Positions 15,565-23,665 of a stretch of 42,384 nucleotides of DNA are shown piece after piece; the stretch's first letter is position 1; each line of letters starts with the position of its first letter. The DNA comes from Pseudomonadota bacterium (GTDB lineage Bacteria; Bdellovibrionota; UBA1018): assembly GCA_039800365.1 (NCBI GenBank), contig JBDLQW010000031.1, forward strand, positions 1 to 42,384, written 5' to 3'. The notes under the pieces are model-generated. The model searched no databases. It was given only the letters and a program-made list of their open reading frames with translations, and had not been told where the DNA came from. The position numbers and the translations under genes were made by a program.

Positions 15565-15969
15565 ATGTCAGATCCGCGTAGCACGTCGAAGCCGTCACCC
15601 CCTGAAGCCAAAGTCATTTCACTTGCCGAAGCAAGGCAACTCCGCTGGGCAGGAAGCCGCGAAGAACACTATGCTTATCAGGCCCGAATCCTAGGCATGG
15701 ATAAGCTCGCTCTTTTAGAAGAGATGGTGCGCTTTCAGCAGAAACGCTCGGAGCGCGGCGAGCTCACCCCTCAAATGATCCTTCAAGGAAAGTCGCTCTT
15801 CAAAGCGCTTGAAGAAAAGGCAGAAACCGAAGAGCTGCGCTCACTGGCGCGCTCTTACCGAAGACACCTCGAGCATGAACTTGCTGCTCGTGTTGCTACT
15901 GACGGCGAATCAGCAGACTTCCAATCAAAACGCGCCGTTCCGCACTCCCCAGGCGAAGAATCCCGCTAA
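15565..15969 (+). CDS. hypothetical helical protein downstream of the sigma54 promoter
   Basis: The ORF-track GTG at 15529 would put the promoter element inside the CDS. The first ATG is 15565 (134 aa) and the next in-frame ATG is 15694. Lys/Glu/Arg-rich; no family recognised. Confidence 0.45.
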   Translation: MSDPRSTSKPSPPEAKVISLAEARQLRWAGSREEHYAYQARILGMDKLALLEEMVRFQQKRSERGELTPQMILQGKSLFKALEEKAETEELRSLARSYRRHLEHELAARVATDGESADFQSKRAVPHSPGEESR

Positions 15970-16039
15970 AACCATTCCATTTTCTCCTCGAGCCGACTCT
16001 CTCTCTCTCCCCCTAAAATCTTCGGCTCGAAACATCAGA

Positions 16040-16067
16040 GCCCCGAGTCCGCTTCCGGATTCGGGGC
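16040..16067. terminator. GC-rich stem-loop between convergent genes (possible bidirectional terminator)
   Basis: GCCCCGAgTCCGcttcCGGAtTCGGGGC forms 7-bp plus 4-bp stems. It lies between the stops at 15969 (+) and 16094 (-). Flanking T-tracts are weak. Confidence 0.4.
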
Positions 16068-16093
16068 CCTGAAGTCTTTCATCGACTAACGTC

Positions 16094-17431
16094 TTATAGA
16101 AGATTCGAAGCAAGCTCTGAAAGCTTCGAACGCTCACCCTTAGTTAAGGTGATGTGCGCCGCAATCGACTCTTCTTTGAATTTTTCAACCAAATGCACCA
16201 GACCATTATTCGCCGAATCGACATAGGGATTATCGATCTGGAAGCTATCGCCCGTCAGCACAATTTTGGTTTGATCGCCTGCCCGGGTGATGATCGTCTT
16301 GATCTCATGAGGAGTGAGGTTCTGTGACTCATCGACAATGAGGTACTGCTGCGGAATCGAACGACCACGAATATAAGTGAGCGGCTCGATTTGAAGTAGC
16401 CCTTGATTCATCAGCTCTTGGCAGCCCTTGCCTGCACCACGCTTTCCACGCGCCCCTGTGGCTCCGAATAGAAAATCGATATTATCGTAAATGGGCTGCA
16501 TCCAAGGATTCAGCTTCTCCTCGATATCGCCAGGCAAAAATCCGATATCTCGACCCAACGGAAACACGGGACGAGATACGAGCAGACGCTGAAAAACGCC
16601 TTCATCAACGGTCTTAGCGAGACCCGCCGCAATGGCTAGCAACGTTTTACCCGTACCGGCCTTACCAACCAAGCTCACGAGCTTGATATCGTCGTTCATC
16701 AACGCGTCGATTGCGAACGACTGTTCCGCGTTCTTCGGAAAAATGCCCCAAAGCCCTTCTACCGGCTTATAGAGGGGAACGATGCAATCCAGTTCCTTGC
16801 TGTATCGTCCCATTGCCGTATGGGTGGGATTGGCAGAGTCTTTTAGAATCACGTACTGATTGGCCTTCAAGGCCTCAGTACGTGCCTCACGAACGGCTCC
16901 CGAATAGGGCAGCCGTTTTTGAGCGTAAAATTCATCGATCAAATGCCCATCGACATCAAGCTGCACTTCACCTGAATACAGCTGCTCGGGTTCGACGCTC
17001 TCGGGTTCGTAATCCTCCGATAGAATGCCGAGCGCATCGGCTTTAATGCGCAAATTGACGTCTTTGGTCACGAAAACCACAGGACGCTTGGGTTGATCTT
17101 TTTTGATCGAAATCGCCAAAGCCAACATCCGATTGTCGGCTTTATCCATGGGAAGCTCCATGGGCAGCGGGTTGATCCCACCCAGTTCGACGGTAACCAC
17201 TCCGCCGTTAGGCAGGCGTACGCCCTTCGAAAGCTCGCCGTCCTTACGCATATCATCAAGGAGGCGCGAGAACATTCGCGCATGACGGCCGTTCTCACTC
17301 ATATCGCGCTTAAAGCGGTCGATTTCTTCAAGCACAACGATCGGAATCACGATGTCGTTGTTTCCGAATTTGAAAAGCGCTTGTGGGTCGAAGAGCAGCA
17401 CGTTGGTGTCTAGGATGAAAGCTTTTCTCAA
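16094..17431 (-). CDS. PIN-domain/PhoH-family ATPase fusion (PhoH2-type)
   Basis: N-terminal PIN motif (FILDTNVLLFDP ... VVLEEID). PhoH ATPase with Walker A GKAGTGKT and Walker B-like YLIVDESQN. The ORF opens at TTG 17476, but TTG 17431 is preceded by GGAGGG at 7 nt and gives MRKAFILDTNVLL. Confidence 0.88.
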   Translation of the reverse strand: MRKAFILDTNVLLFDPQALFKFGNNDIVIPIVVLEEIDRFKRDMSENGRHARMFSRLLDDMRKDGELSKGVRLPNGGVVTVELGGINPLPMELPMDKADNRMLALAISIKKDQPKRPVVFVTKDVNLRIKADALGILSEDYEPESVEPEQLYSGEVQLDVDGHLIDEFYAQKRLPYSGAVREARTEALKANQYVILKDSANPTHTAMGRYSKELDCIVPLYKPVEGLWGIFPKNAEQSFAIDALMNDDIKLVSLVGKAGTGKTLLAIAAGLAKTVDEGVFQRLLVSRPVFPLGRDIGFLPGDIEEKLNPWMQPIYDNIDFLFGATGARGKRGAGKGCQELMNQGLLQIEPLTYIRGRSIPQQYLIVDESQNLTPHEIKTIITRAGDQTKIVLTGDSFQIDNPYVDSANNGLVHLVEKFKEESIAAHITLTKGERSKLSELASNLL

Positions 17432-17495
17432 GGGCGATCCCTCCTCTGGTGTCGACAGTTTGACCGACGGAGGCAAGGAAACTCAAGAACAAACC

Positions 17496-18320
17496 CTACG
17501 GATTTGAAGTCGCTCCCTCGAGCACAGGAATGGCATTCGGCTCCGGCAACAAATAAGGGCCAATGAGAGCCTTCCATAAAGCATAGCCCCGAGCATTAAG
17601 ATGAAGCTGGTCCTCACGAAAAATTCCCTGCAAGGGCCTGCCATCTTCGCCTAGCATCGCGTGAAACACCGGAATGATCTCGAAACTAGACCGCTCACTC
17701 ACCCCAGCCGCAACTTTCGAGTTGAGATCCCGAAAGGTCTCGAGCAGCCACCACCTCGCAGGATTCGGGGCGAGTTCGATCCACGAAATTCGTGTCTGAG
17801 GAAAGGAGACGCGAATCTGATCGAAGAGAGTCGAGAGATCCCTCAGCACTTGATCGTTGGACTTCCCCGCGCTGAGGTCATTGGTTCCGACATAAATCAC
17901 CACTTGTCGCGGCGAATACCGGTGCACCAGCCGAGGAAGCACCATCAAGAGATCGGAAGTCTGGGCACCGGCAATTCCTCGATTCAAAACCCGATAAGCG
18001 GGAAAGTCGCCCCTCAATCCTTCCCAGAAGTGAATACTCGAACTACCGATAAAAACGATTCCTCCTGGCGCGAAAAGCTCGCGTTGATCTTCAGCTTCAA
18101 ATTCTCGAAGACGATCCGCAAACCACACCGGCGGTATGGCGCCTGCCTCAAGCTTTTCTGAGCTCAGATTTCGAGCGACGCTCGAATGAAGGGGCCGAGC
18201 CACTGGGCTTTGAGCACAGGATACCAAGAGCGAAAGAGAAACGAGCAGGAAGGCCTGACGCCCCTTCGGCCCAAACCAGCTCGCTGCGCCCTGACGCCCC
18301 TTCGCGACCGATCTCATCAT
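17496..18320 (-). CDS. SGNH/GDSL-family hydrolase lipoprotein
   Basis: SGNH blocks are present: FIGSSSIHFW (I), GIAGAQ (II), VGTNDL (III), DQLHLN (V). Start taken at ATG 18320 (MMRSV..., lipobox LLVSCA), which forms an ATGA overlap with the upstream stop. The ORF extends to 18428. Confidence 0.8.
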   Translation of the reverse strand: MMRSVAKGRQGAASWFGPKGRQAFLLVSLSLLVSCAQSPVARPLHSSVARNLSSEKLEAGAIPPVWFADRLREFEAEDQRELFAPGGIVFIGSSSIHFWEGLRGDFPAYRVLNRGIAGAQTSDLLMVLPRLVHRYSPRQVVIYVGTNDLSAGKSNDQVLRDLSTLFDQIRVSFPQTRISWIELAPNPARWWLLETFRDLNSKVAAGVSERSSFEIIPVFHAMLGEDGRPLQGIFREDQLHLNARGYALWKALIGPYLLPEPNAIPVLEGATSNP

Positions 18321-19474
18321 AGTCCAAACCTCAGCGCCAAGCGCAGCAGATACCGACGGTCGCCATCTTGATACGCCGTGCCCCCCAGCTCTTCGGCATA
18401 CGACGCAACGGTCACCCGAAAAAGCCAAGCATCAAAAGCGGCTCCATAAGAAAGGTAGGTCTGGTGAATTCCGCCGAAAACACTGACTCCGGGTAAGACC
18501 CACTCTAGTCCGAAGTGTTGGCGTTTCCTCCAATCCATCGATCGATTCAGATAGGCGTGATCATAAGCAAAGCTCAACGACGTGATGCCACCCCAATCAT
18601 AGCGTGCCCCTAAACCAACGCTGAGATTTCCGGGCTGGGTATCTGCCAAAGACCCACTGAAATCCATGTCTCCCGCATTGATGAACGAACTCGCTACTGA
18701 CCAGCTAAACCGATCGTTCACTGCTCGAATGAACTGAACTCCCGCGTCCAAGCCATAGCCGATTGAAAACTTACCCATGAGTGAATCTAAAAGCGCCGAA
18801 TTCGCGGTTAACAAAGTCGTCAGCGGCACGTCTTTATACCCGCCCTTGCGCCAAAAGACCTTCCCCCCCAACCCCACTCGCAACTCAGAGCCATCAACAG
18901 CTGCCGGCTTGGCCGAACGTCCCCGCCGAGGGCGACGTTTCTTCGGACCCGACAAGTCCACGGTTGTCCCCCAAGCCAACTGAACACCATTGGTCGACTG
19001 ATACCCGACCGTGTACTCAGGATAAGACGGATTTTGCGCATAAAAACCGGCCTGAGCGTCGAGTAAAATGGCTGCGCCGAAATTCGGGGCCGTGACTGCA
19101 GCGACGTACTGACCGTTAGCGTAAATATTTTTTCCCATCAAAACATTGAGCTTGTCGAACGTGAAATTTGAAAAGGCCTCTTGCATCGGACCCACAGATG
19201 AGTACGTTTCGCCAGAAATCGCCAAATCCCCCGTCAAATAGTGCAAAGTAAAGTCGCGGTTTCCAGCCATTTGCGCAGGATTGGTGAAAATGCCTTGAAT
19301 GGCTTCACGGTCCTCGAGAGGTAAAGCGATTCCTGCTCCGCCCATGCCTTTCATACGAGGATCGCGGTAAAGATCTCGCAGCTCTTGACTTGCCGCTAAC
19401 GCCGTCACGCTTGAAGCGCTCGCAAGCATTGAAAAAATAGCAAGAGGGGCGAAAGTTCTCCGGCTCATCGCCAC
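18317..19474 (-). CDS. outer-membrane beta-barrel protein (PorV/TraF_2/FadL-like N-terminal motif)
   Basis: 385 aa with signal peptide (LAIFSMLASASSVTALAAS). The motif RMKGMGGAGIALPLEDREAIQGIFTNPAQMA resembles the GMGGA...NPA signature of that barrel group. The strand pattern continues to the C-terminus. Confidence 0.6.
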   Translation of the reverse strand: MAMSRRTFAPLAIFSMLASASSVTALAASQELRDLYRDPRMKGMGGAGIALPLEDREAIQGIFTNPAQMAGNRDFTLHYLTGDLAISGETYSSVGPMQEAFSNFTFDKLNVLMGKNIYANGQYVAAVTAPNFGAAILLDAQAGFYAQNPSYPEYTVGYQSTNGVQLAWGTTVDLSGPKKRRPRRGRSAKPAAVDGSELRVGLGGKVFWRKGGYKDVPLTTLLTANSALLDSLMGKFSIGYGLDAGVQFIRAVNDRFSWSVASSFINAGDMDFSGSLADTQPGNLSVGLGARYDWGGITSLSFAYDHAYLNRSMDWRKRQHFGLEWVLPGVSVFGGIHQTYLSYGAAFDAWLFRVTVASYAEELGGTAYQDGDRRYLLRLALRFGL

Positions 19475-20514
19475 CCCACGAGCGCGCTGTTCATCACATT
19501 ACCGATCAAACCCGCTGCCGCACAGGCCTCGACGTCCACAGTCGTGGGAGTCGCTCGAGAGCAAACCGAGCGGTGACGAAGCACCGAGGGGCAAGACGAA
19601 CAACTGACTCCACAAGCCGTGCACCCCGCCTGACAGCCCACATCGAATCCAGCTGACGCCACTGTCATGGCGGTGGTGATTCCCGATAGCTGCGAAACAG
19701 AAGCCCCCACCTGAGCCAGTGAATCGCTTAAAGTAAGCAGCGCCGAAGCATAGCCACAGCCCACATCATCGATTGCCGAAAGCGTCGACCAAGGCAACGT
19801 CTGCTGAGGAGCCCCGAGAGCGTCGGGGTTGCCATAGCGTTGATGAAGCGTGCCGATCGTCGCCATGGATATCAGCACCAAATAAATATTCGCATCGGTC
19901 GTCAAATCCGCCATTTTCAGCGAGCCCGGGTTGTACGGATCACTCAACAACCGGAAGGGATCAAAAACGACGACATCGTTTTTCAGCCAAGCCAAGAGCG
20001 CATCGCTGGCAAAAAATGCAGACTCGGCTTTGTTGTCGGTGGCCACCGAAGGAAACATCAACGTGATCGCGCGCCAAGGACCCGCAGTGGTGAGATCTGC
20101 TTGAGCCAGTTCGTTTAAGCGCTCAAAAAAACCAATCCCCGTTCGACATCCATGAGCAGCAGCACGAAGCCTGCGAATCTCATTACTGGTCGCCGACGAA
20201 TGATAAACCTTTTCAGATTCAATGATGGCAGTGGAACAATCACCTGCATTCAAGGCCGAATTGATTTTGGAGATCGCGCCCGAGGCATCTGCTGAGCCAT
20301 CTCCGGGCACCAGACAGCCCGAAAACCAAAAGCTCGCCACCGCAACGGCCACAGAAATTCGATGCCTCCACAGGTTCAACCCCGTGAAAAGCCTCCCTCG
20401 CTGAGCGGCCTGATCGTGCTCTTGAATAAGACCTGGATCGGAGCTCCCGATCTTCTGGATCTGGGAATCCGGGCTGTGACGATCCGGCTGCTTCGCATCC
20501 TGCCGCTGCTCCAC
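19465..20514 (-). CDS. lipoprotein with C-terminal Cys cluster; function unknown
   Basis: 349-aa ORF from GTG 20514, with GGAGG upstream. The lipobox FWFSGC lies ~70 residues in. TTG 20379 would give a canonical signal (MNLWRHRISVAVAVASFWFSGC). C-terminal Cys cluster CQAGCTACGVSCSSC. 10-nt overlap with the next gene. Confidence 0.55.
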   Translation of the reverse strand: MEQRQDAKQPDRHSPDSQIQKIGSSDPGLIQEHDQAAQRGRLFTGLNLWRHRISVAVAVASFWFSGCLVPGDGSADASGAISKINSALNAGDCSTAIIESEKVYHSSATSNEIRRLRAAAHGCRTGIGFFERLNELAQADLTTAGPWRAITLMFPSVATDNKAESAFFASDALLAWLKNDVVVFDPFRLLSDPYNPGSLKMADLTTDANIYLVLISMATIGTLHQRYGNPDALGAPQQTLPWSTLSAIDDVGCGYASALLTLSDSLAQVGASVSQLSGITTAMTVASAGFDVGCQAGCTACGVSCSSCPSVLRHRSVCSRATPTTVDVEACAAAGLIGNVMNSALVGWR

Positions 20515-20588
20515 TGGGCCTCCTCTGCTGGGGAGCTCTTCCGTCTCGGTCGCTCGTGGATCTCGGACAGGTTGCTACTTTTTTCGTC

Positions 20589-21803
20589 CTACTCGGTCAG
20601 GTTGATGTACTCAACCAAACGCTCACAGCCCACCTTCAACGTCGAGTCTTCAGTGGCAAAGCTCATTCGCACAAATCCCGGTGCCCCAAACGGCTCTCCC
20701 GGCACTAGCGCGACGCGCGCTTCGCGTAAGACCCGCTCGCAAAAAAGAGCCGCTGTCTCACCAGCTCGCAGCAACCTGCGCACCCCCAAAAACACATAAA
20801 AGGCGCCCTCGGGGACCACCACTTCTAGTTTGCCTGCTTTCGATAGAATTGCCAGCACGAGGCGACAGCGCTCTCGGTATCGCTCTAACTGTTCGGAAAA
20901 CGACGACTCTGGAAGCTCTAAGGCGGCAAGAGCTGCCCACTGCGACAACGCACAAATGCCCGAAGTGCTCTGCCCCTGAATCGTACCGAGAGCAGACGTC
21001 AACGCAGCTGGAGCCACCGACCATCCGGTTCGCCACCCTGTCATCGCCGCTGACTTCGACATGCCGTTCACCGTGACCACTTGCTCTCGCAAATCAGGAC
21101 ACGCCTCAAGAAACGAGCAAAAGGGCTTCTCGCCCAAAGTAATGCGATCATAGATCTCATCACTCAAAATCCAGACCTCTTTGCCCCGAGGGTGCTGGGC
21201 AATCACAGCCCCCAAAGCTGCGAGCTCTGCCCGCGAATAAAGTGCCCCCGTCGGATTCGAAGGCGAATTCAAGATCAAGAGCTTCGCTCGAGGCGCGGCA
21301 TCCAAGGCCGAGCCCAACTCTTCGGGGGTCATTCGAAACCCACGATCGATCGCCGTCGAAATAGCCACCGGCTCAGCCCCCAGCAACTTCGCCATTTCGG
21401 GATAGCTCAGCCAATAAGGCGCTGGAAAAAGCACCTGATCGCCGCTTTCCAAAACGGCCATCATCGCATTGAAAATCGCTTGTTTTCCGCCATTTGAAAT
21501 CACGACATTTTGAGCCGACCATGCTCCCGATTGCGCGACCAGCGACGGCTGTTGAGCTGACGTTTTCCGTGCGATTGCCTCGCGAAGGGGAAGGATCCCG
21601 GATACCGGAGTATATTTCGAGCGATTCAGTCGCAATGCCTCGCGCACCGCTTCTTTTGACGCCTCAGGCACCGGAAAATCGGGTTCGCCCGTGGAAAGAT
21701 TCGCAATGTCGATGCCCTGCTTTTGCATTTCCTGCACTTGAGCATTCAACCGAAGAGTGAGGGAGTCGGAAACCCCTTGAACCCGAGTGGCTAATTTCGC
21801 CAT
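20589..21803 (-). CDS. PLP-dependent class I/II aminotransferase (aspartate/aromatic type)
   Basis: Start at ATG 21803 with GGAGG ~8 nt upstream; the ORF extends to 21851. Motifs LILNSPSNPTG and the PLP-lysine motif NGMSKSAAMTGWRTGW. Confidence 0.9.
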   Translation of the reverse strand: MAKLATRVQGVSDSLTLRLNAQVQEMQKQGIDIANLSTGEPDFPVPEASKEAVREALRLNRSKYTPVSGILPLREAIARKTSAQQPSLVAQSGAWSAQNVVISNGGKQAIFNAMMAVLESGDQVLFPAPYWLSYPEMAKLLGAEPVAISTAIDRGFRMTPEELGSALDAAPRAKLLILNSPSNPTGALYSRAELAALGAVIAQHPRGKEVWILSDEIYDRITLGEKPFCSFLEACPDLREQVVTVNGMSKSAAMTGWRTGWSVAPAALTSALGTIQGQSTSGICALSQWAALAALELPESSFSEQLERYRERCRLVLAILSKAGKLEVVVPEGAFYVFLGVRRLLRAGETAALFCERVLREARVALVPGEPFGAPGFVRMSFATEDSTLKVGCERLVEYINLTE

Positions 21804-21804
21804 C

Positions 21805-22302
21805 TCAAGCCCCTCCTTTCTCAGCACCCAAACGCAACTGTAGGCGCTCAACCACCTGAGTGGGAACGTATGACGAAATATCGCCCCCGTATCGAAAGAG
21901 CTCTTTAATCATCGACGAGCTCACGAAATACAGGTCCTGGGAAGTCATCATAAACAGGGTTTCGGCGCCCGGATGAATACGCTTATTCATGCTGGCCATC
22001 ATGAACTCATATTCGAAATCGCTTGCCGCCCGAAGTCCGCGAATCACCGCTGAAACATGATGGGCTTTGGCGTAGTCCATGATCAAGCCGCTCCAACGAT
22101 CAACCGTCACGCCCGGACGATCGCGAGTCACCTCACGAATGAGTTCGACCCGCTCTTCGGCAGTAAAAAGCGGATTTTTCTTGTCGGTACCGGCGACGAC
22201 GATCGTCACTTCAGAAAAAAGACTGAGGGCACGATCGAGGATATCGAGATGGCCATTGGTGATCGGATCAAACGAACCCGGGTAAATCGCCCTACGAGTC
22301 AT
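21805..22302 (-). CDS. coaD: phosphopantetheine adenylyltransferase
   Basis: Start at ATG 22302; the ORF extends to 22668. Motifs YPGSFDPITNGHLDI, RGLRAASDFEYE and SSSMIKE. 165 aa. Confidence 0.92.
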   Translation of the reverse strand: MTRRAIYPGSFDPITNGHLDILDRALSLFSEVTIVVAGTDKKNPLFTAEERVELIREVTRDRPGVTVDRWSGLIMDYAKAHHVSAVIRGLRAASDFEYEFMMASMNKRIHPGAETLFMMTSQDLYFVSSSMIKELFRYGGDISSYVPTQVVERLQLRLGAEKGGA

Positions 22303-22984
22303 GAGAAGGCTCCTCTCGTGCTGACTTTTCCGCGACTGGCAGATCTCCCGTCGGATGGTCTGCACTGACCTCTCGCCGATAAGTCGTGAGCATGCTATCG
22401 CCATAAGTTTTCTCACGGATCTTGACGAGCGCGCCACCGTTTTCAGACTGGCCCTTGCCAGGAAGTTCGACCCGATCGGGAAGCTCGGTCTGACGAGATT
22501 TGGTCTTGCCCCATTCCAGCACGACCTTCGCTTCTGGCGCGAGAAGCACACTCCAGTTCCACCAAGCTCCGGCCAACAGGTCGTTTTCAACTCCGAGCAA
22601 GTAGGGAGGATCGACCAAGACCACATCAAAAGGCCCAGAAGCCTCGAGCAAGGGTCCTGCCTTCTCAACTTTTTCTGAAATCACTCGCACCTGGCTCTTC
22701 ACGCCGAGCTCTAAAACATTTCGCTCAATGAGCTGACAAACGGGCCGAGCTGACTCAACGAAAACCACCGACGCAGCTCCGCGCGAAAGGGCCTCGAATC
22801 CCAGGGTTCCCGCCCCAGCGAATAGATCAAGGACCCGAGCCCCCTCGATTTCAAACTGCAGCGTATTGAAAAGAGCCTGGCGCAACTTCGCCTGGGTGGG
22901 ACGGGTCTTGCCCGCGTGTGGACCATCTTCTTTGGGAGAGTGAAGCTTGCGGCCGCCCCATTGGCCGCCGGTGAGTCTCAGCAT
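22292..22984 (-). CDS. rsmD: 16S rRNA (guanine966-N2)-methyltransferase
   Basis: N-terminus MLRLTGGQWGGRKL, SAM motif DLFAGAGTLGFEALSRGA, and motif IV VDPPY. Shows the conserved rsmD-coaD pairing with an 11-nt overlap. Confidence 0.85.
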   Translation of the reverse strand: MLRLTGGQWGGRKLHSPKEDGPHAGKTRPTQAKLRQALFNTLQFEIEGARVLDLFAGAGTLGFEALSRGAASVVFVESARPVCQLIERNVLELGVKSQVRVISEKVEKAGPLLEASGPFDVVLVDPPYLLGVENDLLAGAWWNWSVLLAPEAKVVLEWGKTKSRQTELPDRVELPGKGQSENGGALVKIREKTYGDSMLTTYRREVSADHPTGDLPVAEKSAREEPSHDS

Positions 22985-23457
22985 TATGCCGCTTTGTTTA
23001 GCGGAATCCGAAACTCGCTGCCATCTGAAAGTTCCACTCGCAAGGAGGCATCTTGAACTTCGATTTGAATGGTTTGCGAGGGTCCCGTTAGCTCGAGCTT
23101 GAGCTTTAACGCCCCAACCACAGAAAGGCTCAGCGCACTCTCCGCAGCGGGTTCACGAGCGCTGCTGCTAGCAACGCCCTTCAGCGGAATCACCGGAGCT
23201 GGGGCAGGCTCAGGCGACGTAGAAGGGCTCGCATTCGGAGCCGCCAATTCGGCTTCAAGCTCGGCACGCCCCAAACCCGAGAGCATTTCCTCCATAGGAG
23301 CCTCAGACGAAGCTGCTGGCACATCGCCAGTTTCGTCGCCCGACTCCGCCTCGATGGCGTCCTCCACTCGGCTTCGAATTCCGTCCATTTCCTGAACGAG
23401 ATTGGCCCAGTCGAGATCGTTAGCGAGGTTTTTCTGATCTTGCTCCGAAGAATCCAT
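22984..23457 (-). CDS. acidic hypothetical protein
   Basis: 157-aa ORF, Asp/Glu/Ala/Ser/Pro-rich. Its stop overlaps the rsmD start by 1 nt (TAATG). No family recognised. Confidence 0.5.
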   Translation of the reverse strand: MDSSEQDQKNLANDLDWANLVQEMDGIRSRVEDAIEAESGDETGDVPAASSEAPMEEMLSGLGRAELEAELAAPNASPSTSPEPAPAPVIPLKGVASSSAREPAAESALSLSVVGALKLKLELTGPSQTIQIEVQDASLRVELSDGSEFRIPLNKAA

Positions 23458-23665
23458 ACTGGGTCGATCGGAAGTCTGAGACGGAATCTAAAGAAAATTC
23501 TTCAGGCCAAATCCCAGCTTTGGCGAAGGACGCATTATCCTATTGATTTTGCTGAGTCTTCGCCCCATTCAAGCAGAGCCCATCGGACTGATTTAAAAGC
23601 ACCACCCCAGGGGTACCTCAGCCGCTCGTGGGCTACCTGGGGCGCTGAAATTTTGAGAGCGACCT

